Positions 13,004 through 27,815 of a DNA stretch of 64,000 nt are shown here, in pieces (the stretch's first letter is position 1; the number at the start of each line of letters is the position of its first letter). The DNA is taken from positions 10,354,001-10,418,000 of the forward strand of contig OX597822.1 of the NCBI GenBank assembly GCA_951406725.2, written 5' to 3'. The notes below the pieces were generated by a model. It did no database searches and had not been told where the DNA came from. It saw only the letters and a list, made by a program, of their open reading frames with translations. A program made the translations under genes and the position numbers. This DNA is from Octopus vulgaris. Its lineage: Eukaryota.

Positions 13004-14249
13004 TATGTATGTATATATTTTAATCATTTTTGCCCTTATCTGGAGGCTCCTTTCCTTGCTTTCCAGCGCAGTGTCTGTTGTATAATGTTTACAATACGAG
13101 TTATACTGTTTTGGAGGATTGTGTTTGTGTTTCAGATGTGATGTGTGTCCTTTTTTTCATGTTTTATAGCAAGTATTCGTAGCCCTTAACGAAACCTCTC
13201 AACTTAGTGAAGAGAGAGAAGAAGATATTCCCAAATCGGAGCCCGGGGTGGTTGCTTTCAACAGGGTTATGTATTAATCTTCTCGGACCTTTACAAAAAA
13301 AACTAAATAGTTGCATTTACCGCTCAAGAGTTGTGATTGCGAACAAACTCACGGACAGACTTGGCTGCCTCTTCTTCTTCTGCGTTTGTTGTTCCCTACC
13401 GCTTTGCTGGGAATTCGGCAGAGATGACGTTTAACCTATTCTCGCTATAGCAGTAATACAGCGTGACTGGGTTAAGACTAATTAGATCTCGACAGGATTC
13501 GAACTCCAAGCTTAAATAGACGGAAGAAAAAACTCAAGAGATCCACTGCCACATTGCTACTGCTCCATCCATGAACTGATACTTTTTATTTATCCCGCTG
13601 GAACTCAGAGCAATAGCATCATCAAAACAATAGCAAGAAGTACTGAGGTTTGTCATCAACATTTCAGCCTATTCACTATGTCATTGATAACTCTTCTGAT
13701 TTAGGTATTAGATATTGATGAATTTAAAGTACATTATGCATAGATTTTTCGATCATTTGAAATGCAATTCCTATGTTGTTTTTTGCTTTTCCGTTCTTTA
13801 TTTCTTTTTCTTAAGCCAAAAATAGTCTCGCTATGTAAAAATAAATAATGTGGTTACATCACAGAGTTTTCCCTTTACATGAGGGAAGAAAAAAATATGA
13901 TCGTTAGGGTCAGGTTTTAACTTGCTTGACCTTCGTTAGCGATAGAATGCACATCTTCTATCCACAAAAAGATTGGTAATTTATAGTTAGTTATCTTGAG
14001 TAATAAATTTAATTCTCAGCTAAATTGATCCGTCTATATGTATATACATGAATGCTGATAGCCCACCAAATATATCTATATCTGTTTTTATATCTCTCTA
14101 TGTATCTATGTAATCATGTATGTATGTATGTATGTATGTATGTATGTATGTATGTATGTATGTATGTATGTATGTATGTATGTATGTATGTATGCATCTA
14201 TCTATCTATCTAACTATCTATATATTTATCTATGTATCCATCTATCTAC

Positions 14250-14935
14250 TGCGTGGCAACTTGGGCAAGTGTCTTCTATTATAGTCTCGGGCCCACTAAA
14301 CCCTTGTGAGCGGATTTGGTAGATAGAAACTGAAAGAAGCTTGTATATATGTATGTATGTATATATAGGGAGAGTTTACGAAAAAACAAAAGACGAAGAC
14401 AGGTGGTGCACAAAACTAACAGATGTATTAGTATAACGCTCAGGAATAGAAAAAGTCTTTTACGTTTCGAGCCCACGCTCTTCTACAGAAACGGACACAG
14501 AAAAAAACAAGGAGAGAAAAAAATGTGTAGTGGCTAACGATCTATCATGGCGACTAGTGCCGGATAGAATGGTCAAACACGAGGAAGAAGGTAGGGGAGA
14601 TAACAAGGTAAAGATGATCCCCAACTCGAAGGTGCGTTTGTGTATAAGAGAGTATGTATGTGCGTATATATATGTATCTATATATATATATACATACATG
14701 TGTGTGTGTATGTTTGTGTGTCTGTTTTTGTGACCCCAATATCGTTTGACAACCGATAGTGGTGTATTTGTATCCCCATAACTTACCGGTTCGGCAAAAG
14801 GGACCGATAGAATAAGTACTAGGCTTACAAAGAATAAGTCCTGGGGAAAACAGGAGGAAAACAAATTGTTCAAGGAGGTGCCCCAGTATTGGCCGCAGTC
14901 TAATGCTTGAAACAAGTCAAAGATAAAAGGTAAAA
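14250..14935 (+). mobile_element. SINE family B interrupted in its internal (TA)n by a hammerhead-bearing element
   Basis: The 5' half (14250-14345) and 3' half (14700-14935) are collinear with intact copies. Confidence 0.75.
14367..14640 (-). mobile_element. Penelope-like pLTR fragment / short element with hammerhead motif (CUGUAGA variant core at 14457-14492)
   Basis: Reverse complement reads ttt-CTGTAGA-A-gagc-gtgg-gctc-GAAACGTA-aaag; same family as 16946-17131 and 18408-18610. Confidence 0.65.
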
Positions 14936-14971
14936 AGTATATGAATACGAGAGTGTGTGTATATGTAGATG

Positions 14972-14974
<3 letters not shown>

Positions 14975-15041
<67 letters not shown>

Positions 15042-15066
15042 ATATATATATATATGTATATAAATA

Positions 15067-15097
<31 letters not shown>

Positions 15098-15232
15098 GTG
15101 TGTGTATATATATATATGTATATATATATAAATATATATGTGTGTATACATATATATATATATATGTATATATATACATGTGTATATGTATATATGTATA
15201 TATGTATATATATATATATGTATATATATATG

Positions 15233-15265
<33 letters not shown>

Positions 15266-15392
15266 GTATATATATATAAATATATATGTGTGTATACATA
15301 TATATATATATATGTATATATATACATGTGTATATGTATATATGTATATATGTATATATATATATATGTATATATATATGTATATATATATG

Positions 15393-15463
<71 letters not shown>

Positions 15464-15510
15464 CATATATATATATATGTATGTATATGTGTGTGTGTGT
15501 ATGTACACAT
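14975..15510. repeat. Long compound (TA)/(TG) microsatellite with internal higher-order duplication
   Basis: The block aaatatatatgtgtgtatacatatat...acatgtgtatatg recurs about 150 bp apart. Confidence 0.9.
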
Positions 15511-15690
15511 ATATGTAGCCATATAAAAGCATATATTTTCATAAATGTATCCACTGACTTGTCTGTCAGTGTAGAAAGCATGTAAATGTGTATATTCGTG
15601 TTTATATATGCTAGAGTAATGTGACTCAAATTCTAGCAGCATAAATATAAACAGAGAAACAAAGAAGATATGAATTAAAGCATCTCTTCC

Positions 15691-15724
<34 letters not shown>

Positions 15725-15992
15725 TGTGTGTATACATATACAGTTAAGTCATAAAATCCCCTCTTTAGGAGTGTATTATAAAAACATTTAACATTCAACG
15801 TTAGTGTGGATATAAGTGATATCATATTATATCGATAGCTATAAAACACCTATGGATTTCACTATATCGTATCTATTACGCGCTCATCACTGCCAGTTGT
15901 TCTTTAGATGAGGTTTCAGTCTTAATATTATACCATACATGACGCTTCCTCTTTCAATCTGTATAAAAGGCGAACACAGTGCGCGCGCAAAC

Positions 15993-16056
<64 letters not shown>

Positions 16057-16062
16057 ATACAA

Positions 16063-16457
16063 TCCTTTCTACTCAAGGCACAAGTCTCGAAATTTTTGGA
16101 GAGGAGGCCCGTCGATTAGAACGACTCCAGTACGCCACTGGCACTTAATTTTTCGACTACGAAAGGATGAAAGGCAAAGTCAACCTCGGCGGAATTTGAA
16201 CTCAGAACGTAACGGCAGACGAAATACGTATTTCTTTACTACCCACAAGGGGCTAAACACAGAGAGGACAAACAAGGACAGACAAACGAATTTAGTCGAT
16301 TACATCGACCCCAGTGCGTAACTGGTACTTAATTTATCGACCCTGAAAGGATGAAAGGCAAAGTCGACCTCGGCGGTTCTTGAGCTCAGAACGTAACGGC
16401 AGTCGAAATACGGCTACGCATTTCGCCAGGCGTGCTAACGGTTCTGCCAGCTCGCCT
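16063..16457 (-). mobile_element. SINE family A, dimeric form
   Basis: Same architecture as 1-402, reverse complemented. Confidence 0.88.
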
Positions 16458-16945
16458 ACTATCGTATATACCTATGTTTGAATGCATGTGTGTGTGTGTG
16501 CGTGGGTGCGTGCGTGTGTTCATTCTCTCTATTTATATGTGTGTTAGTACAGTGTCGTTACAAAAGCCTCTGCACTTGTGCAATTAAAAATCTATAATAT
16601 AGAAATATCTGTATATAATAAAAATCTATCTAAAATGAATATTCATAATCCTGATTCGCCAATAATTAATTGCTGATTTCAAGATATGTCTTATAATCGT
16701 TTGTCAATTTCTCCAATATTCAGTGATTCGTGGTTTCAAATTTTGGCAGAAGGCCAGCAAGTTTAGGGTAATGGATAACCCGACTTCATCATCCCCAGTG
16801 TCCACCTGCTTCCTAATTTACCGATCCTGAAGGGATGAAAGTCAAAATCGACCTCGGTGACATTTTGCTTAGATATATACATGCATACATACACACAATC
16901 ATAAGAATAAATATGTGTATATATGTATGGGTGTGTATATATATA

Positions 16946-17127
16946 TCGCCATGATAGATCGTTAGCCACTACACACATTTTTTTCTCTCCTTGTTTTTTT
17001 CTGTGTCCCTTTCTGTAGAAGAGCGTAGGCTCGAAACGTAAAAGACTTTTTCTATTCCTGAGCGTTATACTAATACATCTGTTTGTTTTGTGCACCACCT
17101 TCATCCTTTGTTTTTTTCGTAAACTCT

Positions 17128-17131
<4 letters not shown>
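16946..17131 (+). mobile_element. Penelope-like short element with hammerhead motif (17009-17044)
   Basis: cttt-CTGTAGA-A-gagc-gtag-gctc-GAAACGTA-aaag; embedded in (TA)n. Confidence 0.7.
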
Positions 17132-17208
<77 letters not shown>

Positions 17209-17335
17209 TAGAGATAGAGAGAAAGAGAGAGAGAGTGCGAGAGATACCCGTATGTATGTATGTATGTAAGTAATTTGCCGGTTACGGTTACATTCGACTT
17301 GGGCACCTGTATAATTAAAAAATATATATAAAAAC

Positions 17336-17740
17336 GGTTTCAAATTTTGGCACAAGGCCAGCAAGTTCGGGTCAGCTACAGATTAAGTCAACTACATCGA
17401 CTCCGTTGCTCAGACGGTATTTATTTTATCGATACGAAAGGAGGAAAAGCAAATTCGACCTCGACGAAGTTTGAACTCAGAATGTAATGGCAGAGGAAAT
17501 GGCTCGAAGCATTTTGCCGGGCTTGCTAGCGATTCTGCCAGCTCACCATGTTGATTTCAAATTTTGGCGCCAGGCCAGTGAGTTTTGGGCTGGAGTTAAG
17601 TGGGCCACATCGACTTCGATGCTCAATTGCTACTTATTTTATCGAACCCGAAAAGATGACCCAGGGGACAATTGAACTCAGAGGACAGAGACAGACGAAA
17701 TATTGCTGAGCATTTTGTCCAGTGCGCTAACGATTCTCCC
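17336..17740 (-). mobile_element. Two diverged SINE family A copies in tandem
   Basis: tttcaaattttggc.c.aggccag tail and tgaactcag head recur twice. Confidence 0.7.
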
Positions 17741-18307
17741 TATGCACTCAATTAAAAATCTATATATTATTAAGTCTATATCTGATAGAATTAATGTATA
17801 ATGAATATTCGCCAGCCTGATGCACATAATTTTAATAGGTGTCAATCAAGACATTTCTTATAATCGTTTCATAATTTCTCAAACTTTCAGTAATTATTAA
17901 AACCATATTTTAGGCTGACATGTCAAGACTACATTTTGCTGTGCCTCGAGAGAATCATTCCGCCAGTATTCATAACAAAATATAAAAAAAAATTGCTTCA
18001 GCACACGAATTCAAATAAAGAATCGTGCAAACTAAATACAATTAAAGACTACATTTTATTCAACTTAACTCCGTTCTGCATACAACTTGAAGAATTTGGA
18101 AGAGTTCTTGTGATTCAACCTTCAATTGAAAATCAGTTGCAAAAATTAATTCTAGAATTCTAGGATCGTATTATCTTTGTATACGTAAAAAAGATGGACA
18201 TGTCGAATGATTCGTACATTTCGCTGTTTAATTCTACTATATTTTATGAACTCTAATTAATAATGTTTTACATACATACATACATACGAGTATCTCTCTC
18301 TCTCTCA

Positions 18308-18347
<40 letters not shown>

Positions 18348-18351
18348 ATCA

Positions 18352-18407
<56 letters not shown>

Positions 18408-18411
<4 letters not shown>

Positions 18412-18607
18412 AAAGCTTATGAAAAAAAAACAAAAGATGAAGACAGGTGGTGTACAAAACAAACAGATGTATTAGTATAACGCTCAGGAATAGAAAAAGT
18501 ATTTTACGTTTCGAGCCTACGCTCTTCTACAGAAAGGGACACAGTAAAAAACAAAGAGAGAAACAAGGAGAGAAAAAATGTGTGTAGTGGCTAACGATCT
18601 ATCATGG

Positions 18608-18610
<3 letters not shown>
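18408..18610 (-). mobile_element. Penelope-like short element with hammerhead motif (18502-18536)
   Basis: Reverse complement reads ttt-CTGTAGA-A-gagc-gtag-gctc-GAAACGTA-aaa; (TA)n on both sides. Confidence 0.7.
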
Positions 18611-18666
<56 letters not shown>

Positions 18667-18785
18667 CATATATACATATAATTGTTCTTAGGATTGTGTG
18701 TATGTATGCATGTATATATCTAAGCATAATATATATTTATGTATTTATATATGTATATGCATGCAGCTATACACACACGCAGTCA

Positions 18786-18835
<50 letters not shown>

Positions 18836-19539
18836 TATGTGCGTGTTAGGTCATTGAATTCAGCCAAGTAAATGCATAGACTTATTTTAATCTAATGTAG
18901 AAAACAAAGATGCATTGAAATACTTATACTTGACAATATTCATTAGACATAAAAATTTACTCGTCTTTCTCTTTTCCCCCACTTTCTCTCCTTCTTTCTC
19001 TCCGTACATTTATCTATCTTTTTATATACACATTATGTGCATTTATACAGACACACACATGCATACACTTACGGATATATACACATACACGCATACACAG
19101 ACACTCACGCACACACACACACACACACGTACATTTTGTGCACCGCATTGATTAAATATCGTAGGTGAACTAAAATATACTAAATTCACGTGAGTCTATT
19201 TACTATATGTATATATACATACACATGTGTGTGAATGTATGTGTGTGTGTCTGTATGTGTATGTATGTATGTATGTATGTATGTATGTATATATATATAT
19301 ATATATAATATATAATATATATTTCTACATACAAATATATACGCATATATACGTATACATATTCATACATAAATATTTGTACGTATGTGCGCATATAGCT
19401 AAGCAAATACATAGGTTGGTAGGTAGGTACACATTCAGCACAAGTTTTCAATCAGTAGCGTCTGAATTATCCAATATTTTATACTTACATGTATAAATCT
19501 ATGGGAATTAATCGTTATTAAAGGAATTGCTACCACCGA

Positions 19540-20350
19540 CCCTCGTCCTCAAATGGTACTTATTTTATCAGCCCCGTAAGGACGAAAAGCAAAGTTCACC
19601 TTGGCGGCATTGAAACACAGGACGCATATGTAGTTCATATTTGTGATTTCAAATTTTGGCACAAAGCCAGCAGTTTTCGTGGGAGGAAGATTGTACAATA
19701 CATCGACCTCATTATCACTGAAAGGTAAAGTCGACATCGGCTTTCAGGATGAAAGGTAAAGTCGATATTGGCGGCATTTGAACTCAGAACATAAAGACAA
19801 CGAAATGCCGCTATGCATTTTTCCCAGCGTGCTAACGACTCTGCCAGGTCACTGCTTTATGTAGATCATAATAAGGATAAAAACGTAAAGGCACGTGACC
19901 TAGCGGCTAGTGTATTGCATTCGCGATTGCAAGGTCACGGTTTCGATTCACTTGAGCAAAACCTTTCATTTCACATTGCTCCAGAACACCCAGCTTGAGT
20001 AACCCTCCGGTACACCAGTGTTTGTCAGGAGTAATGCCATGATCTCGGTTAATTATACGCCATGGAATGTCGGTAAACGCCCATACAGATGCTAGGAGTA
20101 AGAATATTCTTACTAATAACGATTACAGGCATGGTTTCAAGTTTTGGGACAAAACCAACAATTTTCAGAAGCGAGCGTTTGCAGATTACATCAACCCCAG
20201 TCCTTAACGATTACTTTAGGCTGCCAATCGCGGCGAGACAAAGGTAAAGCTGACCTTAGCTAGGTTTGAACGTAGAACGTAGAACGTAAAGAGCCTGAAT
20301 AAATACCGAAAGGCATTTTAACTGATGCTCTAACGATTCTGCCATTTAGC
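19540..20350 (-). mobile_element. Cluster of diverged SINE fragments, mostly family A
   Basis: Repeated gaaaggtaaagtcgac cores and ctaacga.tctgcca heads. Confidence 0.65.
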
Positions 20351-20532
20351 ACCTATTATATTACAATTGTATCAAACATAAGAACAAAACCTGAAATATT
20401 GTTGGCAGGTAACTTTACTCGTATGAATCGACCCCAGTCCGTCAAACGTACATTATTCTTATTGACATCGAAAATATAAAAATCAAAGTCAGTCTTCGAT
20501 AGGAACTAACGCTATAATATATACCGCAAGAT

Positions 20533-20903
20533 AGTGGAGGCGCAATGGCCCAGTGGTTAGGGCAGCGAACTCGCGGTCGTAGGATCGCGGTTTCGATTCC
20601 CAGACCGGGCGTTGTGAGTGTATATTGAGCGAAAACACCTAAAAGCTCCACGAGGCTCCGGCAGGGATGGTGGTGATCCCTGCTGTACTCTTTCACCACA
20701 ACTTTCTCTCACTCTTACTTCCTGTTTCTGTTGTACCTGTATTTCAAAGGGCCGGCCTTGTCACTCTCTGTGTCACGCTGAATATCCCCGAGAACTACGT
20801 TAAGGGTACACGTGTCTGTGGAGTGCTCAGCCACTTACACGTTAATTTCACGAGCAGGCTGTTCCGTTGATCGGATCAACCGGAACCCTCGTCATCGTAA
20901 CCG
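20533..20903 (+). mobile_element. SINE family C
   Basis: tRNA-like head gtggaggcgcaatggcccagtggttagggcagcgaactcgcggtcgtaggatcgcggtttcgattccc; matches 5510-5882. Confidence 0.9.
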
Positions 20904-21297
20904 TAAAGATATATTGTCTTTGTCCGACACTGTAAGGATCCTTCTAATGTACAATAATAATAAATAATATATCATATATATTGTTGTAATTAATTTTCTC
21001 TTCTCATGCAAGCATTAAGCAATAATTTGATATATGATGCCGTATGACTTATATAAACACTGTGGGAAAAGTTAAGTTGCTGTGAAATAAATGCAACATA
21101 ACTGTCGAGGAGCCTCACCGATCTGATGTCACTTAATCGTGGTGAGATTAACATGTTCTCTTAATCTCTTTCTGTTTCTTCATCTCACTTTTATAGGCCA
21201 TTTCTTTTTATAATTTTCAAATATATAATACTTTACCAAGGACTTTGTCTTTCTAAGTCAATTATATACATATATATATATATATATACATAATATA

Positions 21298-21333
<36 letters not shown>

Positions 21334-21563
21334 CTTAATATACTTATACATACATATATGTATAAATATTATATGTGTCTATGATTGTGCATATGTATGT
21401 ATAACTGCGTCCAGAGATGCATATATTTAGATAGATGAATAGATAAACAGATATAGAGGTCGGTTAGTAGATACAGAAACAGTTATGTACGCATTGCATA
21501 CTTCCATAAATATGGCTAGATTGATATAGATAGATATGTTCGTGTATACACACTCATAAACAT

Positions 21564-21619
<56 letters not shown>

Positions 21620-21943
21620 TATATAGATATACGTACATACACACACATACACACACATATATATGCGTATGCCGACACACATGCAGAAATGCATGTCACT
21701 CAGCACACTCTCACGTACTTCTGTAATTGATCCGTCCTCACAGCATGTAAGACGTCTGACTGCGATTTGATTACACCAATGTATAATCCCCGTTCACACA
21801 TGCACACGCACACACACATACACACAGAGTTGCACATATTTGTGTGTATATATATTTGATAGCTATATAATTTATCCTGTGCATACATATATGTGTGTGT
21901 GTGTGTATCTATGTATATATATATGTATATATATATGTATATA

Positions 21944-22005
<62 letters not shown>

Positions 22006-23854
22006 TATGTACTTATATATACATATATTTATATGTAAATATAATATGTGACAATTATTCGGTAGCTATGATAAACTTCCGAGTTTCGTTTGTCGGGACA
22101 GAAAACCCACGCCGGCATCTTTTCAGTAATTGGGCCGATTTTGAAAGCCCGATACTGTTGGTGAAAGAGTTGCACTTGCACTTATCTGGTACTCATTTCA
22201 GCTGAGCAGACTATAGCAACATGATGACTTGGTGTGTCTTTGTCAATGAGACAACAGACCGTCTTGTCCAAGATTCGATTCGAACCCACGATGTTATGAT
22301 CGTGGATTCATTACCCACTGCAATAAGGCCCATTTCTGTGTGAATATATAAGTAGTAATCTTCTAGAACTGTTAAAAAAAGATGATGAGGTGTTTGTGCA
22401 ACCATACTAGTTTTCTCGCTCTAAGAATCTAATAAAACTCTTGTCCCAGATAATCTCATATTAAACCATACTTTACTACTGAAGAGCTGCTGTAAAGAAC
22501 GTGTTATATCTTCTGGAAACCTTACACCACTGTTTTGTTCTTCTTTGACCTTACATTTATTTTGTCCAGCATGCTGTATACAAAGACATGCTCAGTCACA
22601 GTTCTCATGAAAAAGAAAGCGAGCCCTTCTGAGATTTCGTTTTCTTCAGTTCCATATGTATGTCAAACAATTCTTCTTCAAAAATCGAATTGTGATGCCG
22701 CATAAGAATGGACGTGTCATATTTCCCATTAATTGTGGAATGTGTATTGGTTTGTTTGATTCTTTTTCTTTCTTTTGACGTTTCAAAGCTAACAACAGCT
22801 GGGGTCGTTGTTCTTCGCATGAATATTGTGGCAGTTGGGGCTTACGCTCTAATCTGCCCTTAAAATATAAATAGCATAAAAAAGAATTCATTGTAGATTC
22901 ACGAGTCTCTTGCTTGAAGAAACCAGGAATATACCAATCTTTGACTACGAAACCGCCCCCAGTGCTTTACTTGTATCGACCCCCAAAAATATGAATGACA
23001 ACGTTGACTTCTGTGTGATTTGAAATCAGAATGTAAACATAGGTGCAGGCGTGACTGTGTTAAGAAGCTTTCTTCCCAACCACATGATTCCGAGTTCAGT
23101 CCCACTGCATGGAACTTTGGGTAAGTTTATTCTATTATAGCCAAAGACCGACCAAAGCCTTGTGAGTGGATTTGATAGATGGAAACTGAAAGAGGGGAGG
23201 AGAGAGAAAGAGAGAGACAGAGACAGGGAAAGAAAGAACAAGAATTTTGTTTTTCTATCCCTTCCTTAGATTAAGGGTGTATACCCAAAATGTAAATGTT
23301 CCCTACATATCAACTCATCCAAATTTATCAACAGCATTATTAATAATCAAAGATATTGCCTTCTGCAGAAGGCATATTTGCCCTGTTCCTTTATCTTCGT
23401 GTTGTTGACATTACAAATGGAGTAGACCACAGGAAACCCCCATCAATAGCAGCCAAATCTCCCTGAAATTGCGCCTTAACACCTTAATGACATATTTGAT
23501 AATATTGTCTCGGGTTTGCTCCACATGCCAAACAGACGAAATGGTCACGGACGGAACGCTTTTGATCATTCCTACAACTAAACAACAGTAACAACAGCAT
23601 CAGTAACCTCAATAGCATCAATCTTACTATTAAATCAACGTTAGTGATGTTTCCACTAATGTACGGGGGACCTTTACCCTCTGTTCCGCCACGATCCCAC
23701 CACTCACCTTTCTACAGACGTCACTACCATTAATCTGGTTCTCACTCCCTTTCTCTGACGTCACAATGACCACCAACAATTAATATTACACCTGCTGCTG
23801 GTTTTTATTGTCTATTCAACAGGTTCGAACCCTGCAAACAACACCACTGAAACC

Positions 23855-23944
<90 letters not shown>

Positions 23945-23946
<2 letters not shown>

Positions 23947-24120
23947 TTGGCGGCAGGGGCTAGTCGGTTACATCGACCCCAGTGTTTCACTGGTACTTAG
24001 TTTATCGACCCCGAAAGGATGAAAGGCAAAGTCGACCTCGGCGAAATTTGAACTCAGGTCGTAAAGACAGACGAAATATCTCTAAGCATTTTGCCTGACG
24101 TGCTAACGATTCTGCAAGGT
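23945..24120 (-). mobile_element. SINE family A between (TAA)n and (TAA)n-(GAA)n tracts
   Basis: Core ttatcgaccccgaaaggatgaaaggcaaagtcgacctcggc. Confidence 0.85.
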
Positions 24121-24139
24121 CACAGCTTTGATGATGATG

Positions 24140-24246
<107 letters not shown>

Positions 24247-24599
24247 AAGAAGAAGAAGAAGAAGAAGAAGAAGAAGAAGAAGAAGGAGAGGAAGAAAAGC
24301 AACAAAAATAAAACAAATGCCAACATTTGCAAACAGGACCAATAGTAATATAATGATTACTGACAGTAATTAAGCCACATACATTTTTAGGGGGAGCATG
24401 AAAGGCGTAGATCGACACCCAAGCATATAACTGGTATATCAAGCCTCGGAAGTATGAAATTTAATGTCAAATCTCACCTCCGTTGAATTTAAAATCAGAA
24501 CGTATATAATCCCAACTGAACAACACAACAAGGTGTTTTCTAGTCTTACTCGGAATAATTACGTCATAGCTTGGCTGTCACGTGGACCGATACCTTTAA

Positions 24600-25120
24600 C
24601 TTACCATCACTGTCAATACCCGCTTCATCGTCATCATCATTAACATCATCACCAACACCAATACTGCCATCACCACATCAGGAAATCCACCAATTGCATT
24701 GTCACCGATTTCATCATCATCATCATCATCATCATTACCATCAACATCGTCGTCGTCGTCGTCATTATCATTATCAATATCACCACCGCCGCCACCACCA
24801 CTATTACAACCACAACTATCAATATCAACATCACCACCACCATCATATTCATCCCCCTCCCCTTCCTCCTCCTCCTACTTCTCCTCCCCATCATCATCGC
24901 CATCATCACCGTCATCACCATCAATATCATGACCCCCACCACCATTACCACTACTTCTGTCATCATCAGCATTATCACCACCATCGTCGTCATCACCATC
25001 GCCACAGCCATAGTCGTCGTCGCCCATGTTATCGGCACCACCACTACCACCACTACCACCACTACCACCACTACTACCATTGCTAGCATCCACCAAGACT
25101 GGCTTCTTCGCCGTCGCTAT
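24600..25120. repeat. Cryptic trinucleotide low-complexity tract (CAT/CAC/CGT)
   Basis: Direct inspection; gives spurious poly-His ORFs. Confidence 0.9.
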
Positions 25121-25883
25121 TAAGACTTCTCCCCTTGTCCCCTAATTCCCGCTTTCGTTTCCACACCGACTTCCATTTCCCCGTGCCTCCCAACTAAAGC
25201 TCTCACTGAGCTTGGAGCGTGTTTCTGTATCTCGAAGAAGGTACATCAAACAATTTTACGTGTGAGAACGTCCAGAAACGTCCGTGCAACAACACCGAGA
25301 ACACATCACCACCAACAGCAACAATAACAACAACAGCTAACTAGCAAACATTAAGATGTATCCATCCCCATAACCAAGCAGACACCACCACCCACCCCAA
25401 CATGCCATCGTGACAATTTCGCGCGCACATATACAGATGAATATGCGCATACATACACACGCTGAATGCGCCCTCCTCTAACAAAACCCCAAACATGACA
25501 ATACAATACAAACAAGGAAAATGTGGAGTGCAGAAAATGAAAAAGAAAAAAACCGAAAATCGAAAAGCAAAACACTAAGGAATAAGATAGAAAATAACCA
25601 AGTCTAAAAAATATTGAAAGGAAAGAAGGCTTTAAAAGCTCGGCTTTTAAGTAGACAAGAAGGGTGTACACAACGCCATCTCTTAACCTGTGTAAGGGGA
25701 AGAAGGGAGAGGAAACGAAGGAGAAGGAAGAGGAGAAAGAAAAAAGTAGCAAATACGACCTGAGCTTGCTGACTTTGGGATTTTATTTTGTGTATCCAGT
25801 GTATCAACTCGAGCTTTTATTATGCTTTCTATATTCATGCTATTGTATTAATGGGTTTATTATCATCATCATCATCATCTTCA

Positions 25884-26007
<124 letters not shown>

Positions 26008-26029
26008 CATCATTATTGCTATTATTATT

Positions 26030-26428
26030 ATACCTTCGTAACATAGAGTAGGTAAAAATGCACCGGAGTCTTTAGTCATCTGTCAAGTCACAGCAAGGAC
26101 CTCAGACATAATACTTTCCAGTTGCCTTAAGAAGTTTTGAAGTTTCAATACGATTGAGCCTAACGTTCCGATCACCACTGGTATCACTTTTACGTTACCC
26201 TCTCGCATTCCATACAATCTTGCCATTTCCACTTTCAATTCGGAGTACCTGGGGATTTTTTCAACCTCTTCACTCACAACATTCATGTCATTTGGTATGG
26301 CTACATCGATCATCTGACGACATCTATCTCTCTTATTCAATATGACAATATCCGGCCGACTGTGTTCGATTACACGATCCGTCTGAAAATCATAGTCCCA
26401 GAGTATCGTTAGTTTTCCAACCTCCTGC
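26030..26428 (-). mobile_element. Second Dong/R4-like family: restriction-like endonuclease domain followed by (TAA)n
   Basis: Minus-strand translation ILWDYDFQTDRVIEHSRPDIVILNKRDRCRQMIDVAIPND...EKIPRYSELKVEMARLY...VIPVVIGTLG contains the RPD-x-D catalytic motif; (TAA)n lies downstream at 25860-26030. Confidence 0.85.
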
Positions 26429-26664
26429 TTAAATTATACTAATACATCTGTTTGTTGTCTACACCACCTGTCTTTGTCTTTTGTTTTTTTTTGTGAATTC
26501 CCCCCCCCCATATATATATATATATAGAAATCAAAGCAAAAAATGGAACAAGAACCCAACAGGCGCAACAAAATATGCGGACAGTGAGACGATACAAAAA
26601 TGGACAGAAAAGAAACAAGGACGGATCATTCGCTTTTGGTCTCCTGTATGTAAGTACATACACG

Positions 26665-26702
<38 letters not shown>

Positions 26703-26744
26703 CAGAGAGAGCGAGAGGGGGGTACAGACTGGCAGACAGACAGA

Positions 26745-27010
<266 letters not shown>

Positions 27011-27339
27011 AGGGTGCTATGCAATTTGATATGACCTGGTATTCTTCTACTACTTAAGTATAACTTATGTTATCTAAAGTACTTATATTATCAATGCTGG
27101 TTGTTATTTAATCCAAAGTTAGCTTTAACCAGTGAGAGCCATGATCAAAGGCATTCCAGCCATGGTTATCATAATTTTTAGGGGTAACTACGACAACGTT
27201 ATCCATTGAGTTAATCCCTTCTTCAAGAAGGTGGGGTGTAACTTGTGATGTTTTTCCAAAAAGGTAGAGCGAAAGCGCAAAGGTGCTCTCGTATGCTCCT
27301 ACCCGTGTTGGTATACATGAAAATTGAATATGTTTCCGA

Positions 27340-27815
<476 letters not shown>

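Noticed and set aside
14460-15849. Long YI/CV/HT-rich ORFs here and throughout the track
   Set aside because: Translations of (TA)n/(CA)n microsatellites that lack stop codons; not genes.
20535-20606. tRNA gene
   Set aside because: The tRNA-like sequence is the head of a dispersed SINE with no proper acceptor stem.
24571-25089. Poly-His/poly-Val ORFs (also 34516-35055 and 52389-52937)
   Set aside because: Cryptic trinucleotide repeats open in several frames; no splice or domain support.
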